From sequence record SRR22947727_4400: a stretch of DNA of 39,257 bases; one strand, 5' to 3'. Positions within the stretch are counted from its first letter, which is position 1; the number at the start of each line of letters is the position of its first letter. Position numbers and translations under genes: made by a program. A model generated the notes under the pieces. It was given only the letters and a program-made list of their open reading frames with translations, did no database searches and was not told the origin of the DNA. Positions 27,794 to 35,799 of the stretch are shown piece by piece.

Positions 27794-28315
27794 ATGCAGC
27801 TCTCTTTCTATGATGCCAGCATCAAGTGCTACGAGCAGATGCTCGACAGTACCGCCGAGGTCCTTAAAAAAGGCCAACAACATGCTGACAGTGCCGGTAT
27901 ATCCCTCTCCGATATCGTCGACTATCGACTTCATGAAACGATGCTGCCCTTCAGTTTTCAAGTGATCTCAATCTGGCATCACTCCCTTGGCGCGGTCAAT
28001 GGGATGCGGGCTGGCGTGTTCACGCCGCCGCCAAGCAAACCTGGAATCGACTACGAAGGGCTCTGTGGGCTCATCAATGAGGCCATTGAGGGTATGCGTG
28101 CAGAAACGCCTGATTCGGCTGCGCAGCTATCCGGTCAGGAGATGATCTTTCGCTTAGGCGACACGGAAATACCCTTTACAACAGATCATTTTCTGGCGTC
28201 TTTCTCAAAGCCTAATCTGTACTTTCATGCCACCACGACCTACTCGATCTTAAGAGCTTTAGGCACCCCGCTGGGTAAGCGAGATTTCTTAGGGGCGATG
28301 CGTATCGGGCACTAG
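27794..28315 (+). CDS. DUF1993 family protein
   Basis: RL...MLPF..Q and PNLYFHATTTYSILR..G..LGKRDFLG. Confidence 0.88.
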   Translation: MQLSFYDASIKCYEQMLDSTAEVLKKGQQHADSAGISLSDIVDYRLHETMLPFSFQVISIWHHSLGAVNGMRAGVFTPPPSKPGIDYEGLCGLINEAIEGMRAETPDSAAQLSGQEMIFRLGDTEIPFTTDHFLASFSKPNLYFHATTTYSILRALGTPLGKRDFLGAMRIGH

Positions 28316-28360
28316 CGCCACGGCATCGGAACCTAACGAGAGTCCCGACTGTGGCGCAGT

Positions 28361-29218
28361 CTATCGCGTTAAGAAGGCCATTATCGCTTCGGGGACATCA
28401 GCCTCCGTTAACATAGGGGCGTGGCCCACATTAGGCACCGTTAATAACTCAAGGTGATTCGCGCGACGTTGCATCGCGTGCACACAATCCTCCGACAACA
28501 AATCGGTCAGCGCGCCTCGTATCAACAGTGATGGGACATCAATCAACGTATCGAAAAGTGACCAGAGCGCACTGCTCTCGGCGCCAGAGTCTTGTTGTGA
28601 CAGTGCCTCACTAATCTTGGGGTCATAGTCAGCAATGATCTGATGATCCTGCTCTACATAGCACTGCCGCGCAAAGGTCGCCCATTGAGCAGGCTGCCAG
28701 TCGGGGAAGATCTCCTGACTGACCGACATGACATAAGCAGTCGCTTCGCCCCAATCATCAAACGGCCCCGCGACACCCACGTAGGATTGAATGCGTTCGA
28801 GCCCGGCGGCGGCAATGTCTGGGCCAATATCATTAATGACCACTCGGCGTATTAAGTGCGGATACAGTGCATTCAAGGCAAAGGCCATGAGACCGCCCAT
28901 AGACGTACCGATGACTGAGACGCGCTCACAGTGAAATGCGACCAGCATAGCGTGAGTATCATAGACGTACTGCATCAAATTGTAGCGACTCATTACCGTG
29001 TCATAGTCTGACCGACCGCGTCCTCTTTGCTCCGGCACTAACACGCGGAAATGCTGATTCAGAACAGGAGCAAGGTCTTGGAAATCGCGGCTATTTCGGC
29101 TCAGACCATGCAAACACACTACGGTGGGTGCCGCAGGTGTCGGCGCGGCATAATCTCTGCAGTACAGCGTCAGTCCGTCGTCCGTCTCAAAAAATCGCTC
29201 TTCAAACGGGCTCATCAC
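28361..29218 (-). CDS. Alpha/beta hydrolase
   Basis: CLHGLSRNSRDF, RGRGRSD, GTSMGG, NDIGP, GHAP. Confidence 0.9.
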   Translation of the reverse strand: MMSPFEERFFETDDGLTLYCRDYAAPTPAAPTVVCLHGLSRNSRDFQDLAPVLNQHFRVLVPEQRGRGRSDYDTVMSRYNLMQYVYDTHAMLVAFHCERVSVIGTSMGGLMAFALNALYPHLIRRVVINDIGPDIAAAGLERIQSYVGVAGPFDDWGEATAYVMSVSQEIFPDWQPAQWATFARQCYVEQDHQIIADYDPKISEALSQQDSGAESSALWSLFDTLIDVPSLLIRGALTDLLSEDCVHAMQRRANHLELLTVPNVGHAPMLTEADVPEAIMAFLTR

Positions 29219-29844
29219 GGCTCCGGATAACGCTGCGCTAATGCGTCGTATACCGCTTCTGGAAAGCGGGGATCATTCGCATCTAGCAGTCCTAAAATGT
29301 CTGACAAGTGCTCGTTGTCTTCTCTATCCTGCCACTGCTTGACGTAGGTGCCTTCTTGATACCCGTGGTCTTGGCGGAAAAAATTCAGCACATTCTTACC
29401 GACATAATGTCGGTACAGCTCAGCCGAGGACAAGCCACAAGCGTGCATGAGCGCCACAAAATGGCTTACTGAAAAGCTTTGAGTCTCGAGCGCAGAGCGC
29501 GCTAACGCCTCAGTTGCACTATGAATATCGGCATTTCCAACGCCCGCAGTAGCGACTTCTGACACGATCCGATCGGCGAGATCAGACAGATCACCCTCTG
29601 CCTCAAACAGTGCCGACATCCCAAAATGCCAGATATCGACCACTTCCAACCTAACTTGCTCCATATCAGGCGTCTGCTTCTTCCACCATTTATAGCCCAC
29701 ATGATCCATCAACTCAGCGCACTCGATCCACACTGCCCGATACCACTCGAATCGTTGCGCTATCCAGTCAGCATGGACACGATTATTCATACGATGCTGC
29801 ATCTGCAGCATATTCAAGACGGCATCTCGATTCATGGCGGTCAC
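29215..29844 (-). CDS. Dimeric (all-alpha) dUTP diphosphatase
   Basis: E..ELMD..GYKWWK, EVVDIWHF, Y.GKNVLN.FRQDHGY, Y.K.W..REDNE; matches the Campylobacter/trypanosome-type dUTPase_2 family. Confidence 0.88.
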   Translation of the reverse strand: MTAMNRDAVLNMLQMQHRMNNRVHADWIAQRFEWYRAVWIECAELMDHVGYKWWKKQTPDMEQVRLEVVDIWHFGMSALFEAEGDLSDLADRIVSEVATAGVGNADIHSATEALARSALETQSFSVSHFVALMHACGLSSAELYRHYVGKNVLNFFRQDHGYQEGTYVKQWQDREDNEHLSDILGLLDANDPRFPEAVYDALAQRYPEP

Positions 29845-29958
29845 TTACAGTGTGAGTAAAGTCGTAAAGGGTAGCATGAGCTTGCCGGGTTCTCGTCGCA
29901 CAACGGGCCAGCTTTCACTTAGGGCTACTTCGCAATATGGACAGCGTAACTCGCATCG

Positions 29959-30408
29959 CTACCGGTACGCCTCGAGATCGGCAGCAAAGAGTCGATTGGG
30001 GTCTCTGAAGGCTTTGAACTCTAAGCAGTTGCCACTGGGGTCTCTTAAAAAGAGTGTGCGTTGCTCCCCCACTCTACCCGCAAAGCGGGTAGTTGGCGGA
30101 ATCTCAAACACCGCTCCCGAAGACGCCAGCCGCTCCACTAGCACCTCAAAATCAGGCCACGGCAGTATGACGCCAAAATGCGGTACGGGAACCTGCTCAC
30201 CATCAACGGGGTTGCTACCAGAGATGCCCTGCTGCCCGGCTACCTGATGCAACACCAGTTGATGGCCATAGAAGTTCAGGTCGATCCAATCGGTTGATTG
30301 TCGCCCGCGCTCACAGCCCAACATCTCCTCATAAAACAGCAGTGCGGCCTGCAGGTCACTCACCGGTATCGCGAGATGAAACGGTGAAAGCACCTCGGTC
30401 GATGTCAC
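29959..30408 (-). CDS. VOC/glyoxalase family protein
   Basis: PFHLAIPV.DL, WIDLNFYGHQ, VPVPHFGV, DPSGNCLEFKAF. Confidence 0.9.
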   Translation of the reverse strand: MTSTEVLSPFHLAIPVSDLQAALLFYEEMLGCERGRQSTDWIDLNFYGHQLVLHQVAGQQGISGSNPVDGEQVPVPHFGVILPWPDFEVLVERLASSGAVFEIPPTTRFAGRVGEQRTLFLRDPSGNCLEFKAFRDPNRLFAADLEAYR

Positions 30409-30415
30409 AGCGAGA

Positions 30416-31360
30416 TCACCACATTGCCACGGGATTGATCACCATCTGTACCGCACCTTTGAGCCGAGCCTGCCCTAGCACGAACATAAATTCCGTGACG
30501 GCTTCCGCTGCCAGGCGCCCGGTATTCATCGTTTCCAGTATGTAAATACCGTTTTGCTTGAGCAAAATAACGTGGTCATAAAACACCTTATCACCGGGCT
30601 TGGGCGGCACAGCACCTAAACCCCAAGTATCTGCGCCCACGGCAAGTGGCTTTAGAGAGGCCAAATATTGAGCAGCGTCGTTGGTAATGCCCGGTATCGT
30701 GCTGCCCCATAGCTCGGGATCGGCCTCCAAAAAGGCATCGGTATAACCTGTATGAAGGAGCACCACATCACCCTCATTCACCGTAATGTTTTGCTCCGTC
30801 ATGGCGCTTTGAAGGTCTTGCGTCGAAATAGGCTGAGCAGCCGACAAATGAGGAACACCAAAGTGTTTCGCAACATCGATGAGCACGCCGCGTGCGACCA
30901 TGGGTGGAATTTGACTGATATCCAGCTTTGTCAGGCCGGTAATCGCGGCGAAGTCTGACCCCTGATGGCAATTGTAAAACTCGCCATCCTCGCCAAGGTG
31001 CCCTAACCCATCGATCTGTGGGCCAGTGCCTAACCACATTTGCACCAGGTCGTCGTTGGCGCTGATTTTCCAGCCAAGCTTATGCGACGCATCCGTTCGA
31101 TACGGATGCTCAGGTTGAACCACCTGCAACTGGGTATACCGCGGTGGGTACGCGGGCATACCGGGTGTGATAACGATACCCAGTGGATGACTGGCGCCAA
31201 TTTTGACTAACGACGCGGCAGCCAGCGTCCGTTCGGGCGTCATTCGATTTGCCGCGCCTATTTGATCGTCGCGGCCCCACTCTGAGTACTGGCACTCCTC
31301 AGCCATCAAAAATGGTGACACACACAGTAACCCGATCCCTACTACGCGCTGATAAAACAT
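30416..31360 (-). CDS. Exported cyclase-family (kynurenine formamidase-like) metal hydrolase
   Basis: Signal peptide (LMA|EE), WG.DDQIGAAN, QIDGLGH, RGVLIDV, GDVVLLHTG, GAD, H..LL...GIYILE; GGAG SD supports ATG 31360. Confidence 0.85.
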   Translation of the reverse strand: MFYQRVVGIGLLCVSPFLMAEECQYSEWGRDDQIGAANRMTPERTLAAASLVKIGASHPLGIVITPGMPAYPPRYTQLQVVQPEHPYRTDASHKLGWKISANDDLVQMWLGTGPQIDGLGHLGEDGEFYNCHQGSDFAAITGLTKLDISQIPPMVARGVLIDVAKHFGVPHLSAAQPISTQDLQSAMTEQNITVNEGDVVLLHTGYTDAFLEADPELWGSTIPGITNDAAQYLASLKPLAVGADTWGLGAVPPKPGDKVFYDHVILLKQNGIYILETMNTGRLAAEAVTEFMFVLGQARLKGAVQMVINPVAMW

Positions 31361-31527
31361 ACTCTGCTCCTGATCTTTATAGGTCAGTGACCATACGTGT
31401 TTTGGCGAGGGCAGGCAAAGCGACGGTCCTTGAGAAAGGGTGCGCAAGCCCCTGCACAAGAGGCAACGGGCACACGCGGCTCACACCCTTATCGACGTGT
31501 CTAAAAGGCCTCTACCATCCTCTCTAC

Positions 31528-31575
31528 GGGACTGTGTGTGGGACTGTCTGTGGGACTGCCTGTGGGACTGTCTAC
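31528..31575 (+). repeat. Intergenic 12-bp tandem repeat x4, consensus GGGACTGTCTGT
   Basis: Units gggactgtgtgt / gggactgtctgt / gggactgcctgt / gggactgtctac. Confidence 0.9.
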
Positions 31576-31669
31576 GGCACGGCTACCGGGGCAACTCCCG
31601 CAACAATTTACCCACCTTCAGTTAGCCGACGCCACTCGCCCGGCAACACTTACCGGACACCACTGCGAA

Positions 31670-32815
31670 TCAGGACTGGGGGTAACGTATCTCCAGAGGG
31701 GGGCATTGCTCAGGCTGCGGCGGTACCGGTCGCGGCGTGAGATTCCCCACCAGCTCCAGGAACACACCATCGGGGTCAATGGCATGGACAATTCCGCCAG
31801 AATCACTGTCTTGACCCGAACAGCACGGCGCTATTTCTGATAGAAACGGCACGCCCTGCTCTGACAGTATTCGCGTAGCTCGCTCCACATTCGGAACCGT
31901 CAAGGCGAGTCGATTTATCCCCTTATGGTTGATGGGTGCTGGGTACGCCGGCTCCGGGTTGAAGGGGGATAACCACTGCAGCAGGCGGAGTCGATGTCGA
32001 TCACCTCGATTAATGGTCACGTCGGCACCGCGGTAACGTACAGGCTGATCAAAACCCCATGCGGCAGACTCTTCGGCACTGAGCGTTTGCTCATTAATCA
32101 GACGCACCTCTGAGTAGCCAAACTGCTTGTAGAACGTCAGCGATTGATCCAAGTCGCTGACATTGATGCCAACGTAGGGCATGCCAACGATGTGCGTTGT
32201 ATCGTCGCCCTCTTTGGTCCCACGAGGTATTGGGCTCTCTTCGAGTTTCAGATACACCCCATCAGGATCTCTCATGAACACAAATCGATTACCCGGTGCG
32301 CCATAGGGCTCACTCATAAACGTCACGCCCTGGGATTGCAGTAATGCAAAGTCAGCTGACAAGTCGGTTGTCATCAACGTCGCGTAAGCCATTCCAAGAT
32401 GGTTAGGCAGTGCGTAGGGAGGTTCGGGGTTAAACGGCTTGTGCCACTGCAGCAGATCGATGCCAGTCGTATTATCAGCACCCGGGAACAGCAACACTTC
32501 ACCCTTCTTCAACTCATACTGACAAACATCAAACATTCCCAATGCACGGGCCATCGCATGAGTGTTGGTGAGTGGAAATCCAGTCACCCCATCAGTAAAG
32601 CCGAGGCGGTGATAAAATTCTCGGGTGCTATCAAAATCCGCGGTATGAATCGCGAAATGGTAACGCCCCCAGAGGCCAATGTCGGTCTCTGATTCGAACG
32701 CAAGATCAGGCGTATCCAGTGTCGCCTGAAGCTCGTACTCCTCTGCAGATACCACACCCAGCCAGCTGCTAGCCAACAGAGCAAACACACCAGCCATCAT
32801 CTTATTTTTCACCAT
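31670..32815 (-). CDS. Exported tandem VOC/glyoxalase-domain protein
   Basis: Signal peptide ending VSA|EE. Two homologous halves: LLQWHKPFNPEPPY..NHLG versus LLQWLSPFNPEPAY..NHKG, and DPDGVYLKL versus DPDGVFLEL. GAGGA SD supports ATG 32815. Confidence 0.82.
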   Translation of the reverse strand: MVKNKMMAGVFALLASSWLGVVSAEEYELQATLDTPDLAFESETDIGLWGRYHFAIHTADFDSTREFYHRLGFTDGVTGFPLTNTHAMARALGMFDVCQYELKKGEVLLFPGADNTTGIDLLQWHKPFNPEPPYALPNHLGMAYATLMTTDLSADFALLQSQGVTFMSEPYGAPGNRFVFMRDPDGVYLKLEESPIPRGTKEGDDTTHIVGMPYVGINVSDLDQSLTFYKQFGYSEVRLINEQTLSAEESAAWGFDQPVRYRGADVTINRGDRHRLRLLQWLSPFNPEPAYPAPINHKGINRLALTVPNVERATRILSEQGVPFLSEIAPCCSGQDSDSGGIVHAIDPDGVFLELVGNLTPRPVPPQPEQCPPLEIRYPQS

Positions 32816-33041
32816 TTGACTATCCTCGAGCACGACACAAAGGCGGCGCACTATTTTTACCACGATAACAAGGTTGATCAGGCGACAGCGCGGCTTCGGC
32901 AAAGTACATTCAGCCACCAACGCTGTGCTGCGTGCCTTATACCGACCTTGTATGGAGGAAGATTAGCCTCTCGCACAGCTTCACGCTGGCCTCCTCAGCT
33001 GCATAACACCCCTGCTCAGCAAGTGTGTTAGCTCCCTGCTA

Positions 33042-33416
33042 TCAACCCATGCGCTTGAGCGCACAAATCTTGTTGCCCGCGGGATCTCGAAGATAAGCCA
33101 GATACATCCCATCTGCCTCTCGTACGCCGGGAGGGTCTTCGCACGTCACGCCGCCATTGGCCACTCCTGCGGTATGCCAGGCCTCGCCTTGCTCAGGACT
33201 TTCAACGTTAAAGCCAATCGTGCTGCCGTTACCGTGGGTCGCCGGCTCGCCATCGATCGGCACACTCAATCCGAAGATCGCACCTTGGTGAAAATAAAAG
33301 CAACGGCCTTTGGGATCTATGACGCCTTCCTTACTCCCCAGAGCGCCAAGCACGGCATCGTAGAATTTTTTTGACGCCTCAATATCGTTAGCTCCGATCA
33401 TGATGTGACTGAACAT
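33042..33416 (-). CDS. VOC/glyoxalase family protein
   Basis: MFSHIMIGANDI..SKKFYD, GNGSTIGF, CEDPPG.R, YLAYLRDPAGNKICA. Confidence 0.9.
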   Translation of the reverse strand: MFSHIMIGANDIEASKKFYDAVLGALGSKEGVIDPKGRCFYFHQGAIFGLSVPIDGEPATHGNGSTIGFNVESPEQGEAWHTAGVANGGVTCEDPPGVREADGMYLAYLRDPAGNKICALKRMG

Positions 33417-33539
33417 TTGCCTTCCTCTCTTAAGTAACGGGGTAATACGCGTTATCGCGATCGGGCGTCAGTTTACTGGTATTTAGACCACGGTATACCC
33501 CCCAACAAAATCGAACCGTATAGTCGTGCGCAACGCGCT

Positions 33540-33567
33540 TTGACTTCCTACTGAATCTACGCATACT
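33540..33567 (+). promoter_or_regulatory. Putative sigma70 promoter (TTGACT-N16-CATACT) for the 33617 gene
   Basis: Near-consensus -35 and -10 hexamers about 50 nt upstream of the ATG. Confidence 0.5.
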
Positions 33568-33616
33568 CAAAGTGCACTTCGGTGCTCAATAACCATTAAT
33601 AACGCGAGGTTTTAAA

Positions 33617-34015
33617 ATGTCTGAAATGGATATGTGGAATTTACTTGCAGCGTTTATGTCGGGGAACGCCGTGTGGTTTTTAGCCTATATCGTGGCCATC
33701 TGGCTCGGTTTTAGAATGACCAACAACATCCAAATGAACGGTAATGTCCCGTTGGTCGGGAAAGTGTTGGTCAGCGTGTATTGCTTAACCGTCATCTCGT
33801 TCATGACAGTACTCACGATGAACACCAATCAACTATTCGGTGATATCGCCGCGGGACTGCAGGTCGCGGGAGAGGCGGGGGGGCTTTCCGTCACGGCACA
33901 ACGATTCGTAGACGAGTTCACTGCCTTTCCGACCGTCAATCCCATTCAAATAGCCTTTCTTGGATCAATTATCCTCATGCAGCTGCTGCAAACTTGGATG
34001 AAGAAAGCAGACTGA
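33617..34015 (+). CDS. Small hypothetical membrane protein (about 3 TM segments)
   Basis: GAGG SD, hydrophobic segments, candidate own promoter and terminator; no family recognised. Confidence 0.8.
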   Translation: MSEMDMWNLLAAFMSGNAVWFLAYIVAIWLGFRMTNNIQMNGNVPLVGKVLVSVYCLTVISFMTVLTMNTNQLFGDIAAGLQVAGEAGGLSVTAQRFVDEFTAFPTVNPIQIAFLGSIILMQLLQTWMKKAD

Positions 34016-34030
34016 TCAAGCCCCTTAGCT

Positions 34031-34055
34031 AAACCCCGCCTAGCGCGGGGTTTTT
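34031..34055 (+). terminator. Intrinsic terminator
   Basis: AAACCCCGC-ctagc-GCGGGGTTT plus further Ts, 15 nt after the stop codon. Confidence 0.85.
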
Positions 34056-34264
34056 ACGCGCTAGGCATCATCTTCACGGCAAGGTTGTGCCCTCTCTCGC
34101 AGAGAGAGTGTCCGCCCTGGCATGACGCACCGGCACCCCCTTGGCTGTTGCGGCTCCGGCCCGTGAAACGCCGCCCGATATCCTTGCAGCACGATGCGCA
34201 CCATTGGCCCGCTATTCGCTCCTCTGATGAGGAGAAGCGGCAGCGCAGTGACGAAATCGCTGAC

Positions 34265-34281
34265 TATTGCCTTAAAGACAA
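34265..34281. promoter_or_regulatory. Putative LysR-type binding site (T-N11-A), copy 1
   Basis: TATTGCCTTAAAGACAA; TTG-N9-CAA dyad; 16/17 identical to 37925-37941. Confidence 0.6.
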
Positions 34282-34411
34282 CAAAGAAATGCGAAAGCCT
34301 CCCTTTATATCCCTAAATAAACGCGGTCTACTCTTACGCATTCAGACTCTCTTGTGCTTGACTGTACTGTGAGGGGCAAACAGTCAACGCCTAAGACGAC
34401 AAGGCGAGCCA

Positions 34412-35728
34412 GTGGAAGCAATGGATAAGACGAATCGCAACCGCACTTCCAAGCTCGTCGGTCTTATCGCGAACGTGCAAGGGCATGAGGTCAAAGCCGT
34501 TGCCGGCTCATTTCTGTTTGTCGTGCTACTCATGTCCGCTTACTACATTCTGCGCCCGGTGCGAGACGCCATGGCCAGTGATTGGAGCGATGCGGAGGTC
34601 AGCTGGCTGTGGACCCTCAACTTTTTCATTAGCACCGCAATAGTCGCACTGTACGGCGCACTGGTAGCGCGTTTCCCATTACGTTTTTTGGTCCCCGCCA
34701 CCTATGGGATTTTTGCGCTCACCTTTTTATTCTTCTTCGCCTTGGCCTCACTCAGCAGTGATCGGACCTTGGTCGATAAATCGTTCTACGTCTGGGTCAG
34801 CGTCTTTAGCCTTTTTCATATCTCGGTATTTTGGAGTTTTATGTCGGAACTGTTCAGTAAAGAGCAGGCTGGCAGGTTGTTTGGCATCATTGCGGCAGGC
34901 GCAAGTGTGGGCGGACTGATTGGACCCTCGATCCCCTCGTTTTTCTCGGCGTACCTAGGCACTGACAATCTACTGCTCCTAGCCAGCGCCATGCTGGTAC
35001 TGCCTATCCCCCTAATTTTTTATTTACAGGCACTCAAAATATCGGACCTAGGCAACGAGGCGCTCGCGGTAAAAAACACCCCTGCACGGATTGGAGGCAA
35101 CCCGTTTGCGGGGTTTACCTTATTTATATCAAATCCCTACCTGCTGGCCATTGGTCTGTTTATCCTGCTTTACACCGGCATCAGTTCATTCGTCTATTTT
35201 GAGTTGAAGAATCTATTGGCTGAACTCAGCCGCGCGGAGCGAACAGTGATCTGGGCGCAGATGGATTTAGCGGTCAACGTGCTGTCCATCACCGTGGGAC
35301 TGTTTGCGACCGGGCGCCTTGTTGGGAAATTTGGCATGCCGGCGACCATTGCGTTGATCCCCGTCATGATTTGCGCCGGCCTGATAATTGTTGCAATTTC
35401 GCCGTTTCTCGGCGCAGTCATCGCGCTACAGGTCATCAGGCGTGCCGGTAACTACGCGGTCACCAGACCGGGCCGTGAAATGCTTTTTACCCGAGTCGAC
35501 AGAGAGACGCGCTTCAAAGCCAAACCCGTCATCGACATCGTTGCCTACCGAGGTGGCGATATGCTCATGGCCTGGGCGTTTACTGGTCTCACCCAAGGAC
35601 TCGGCCTCGGCTTGGCGGCGGTTGCCGCAGTGGGCGCAGGCATAGCGGCACTGTGGGCCATGGTGGGTATTTATCTCGGCCGATGGTTTGAGCAAGGAGA
35701 GACTCAGCAGAGAGATGAGCCAACCTAA
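34412..35728 (+). CDS. MFS-fold transporter, NTP/NDP exchange (TLC/NTT-like) family
   Basis: AYYILRPVRDAM, FYVWVSVFSLF..SVFWS, RLFG.IAAG, NYAVTRPGREMLFT, KAK.VID...YRGGD; about 12 TM segments. Confidence 0.85.
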   Translation: MEAMDKTNRNRTSKLVGLIANVQGHEVKAVAGSFLFVVLLMSAYYILRPVRDAMASDWSDAEVSWLWTLNFFISTAIVALYGALVARFPLRFLVPATYGIFALTFLFFFALASLSSDRTLVDKSFYVWVSVFSLFHISVFWSFMSELFSKEQAGRLFGIIAAGASVGGLIGPSIPSFFSAYLGTDNLLLLASAMLVLPIPLIFYLQALKISDLGNEALAVKNTPARIGGNPFAGFTLFISNPYLLAIGLFILLYTGISSFVYFELKNLLAELSRAERTVIWAQMDLAVNVLSITVGLFATGRLVGKFGMPATIALIPVMICAGLIIVAISPFLGAVIALQVIRRAGNYAVTRPGREMLFTRVDRETRFKAKPVIDIVAYRGGDMLMAWAFTGLTQGLGLGLAAVAAVGAGIAALWAMVGIYLGRWFEQGETQQRDEPT

Positions 35729-35799
35729 ATTTTGTAAGGCACAGCGTCATATTGACCCTGTGGAAATTTAAAATAAACGACCACTATTGGAATCAGACT

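Noticed and set aside
31528-31575. CRISPR array
   Set aside because: Units are 12 bp and contiguous, with no spacers, and there are no cas genes.
31249-31840. Plus-strand ORFs with repeats such as GTVCGTVCGTAC or WDCLWDCL, resembling a RiPP precursor or Cys-rich peptide
   Set aside because: These are translations of the 12-bp DNA repeat. The longer ones overlap real minus-strand genes, and I see no SD or modifying enzymes.
34085-34372. 95-aa ORF upstream of the transporter
   Set aside because: TTG start without an SD, no motif, and it spans the putative LysR operator and promoter region.
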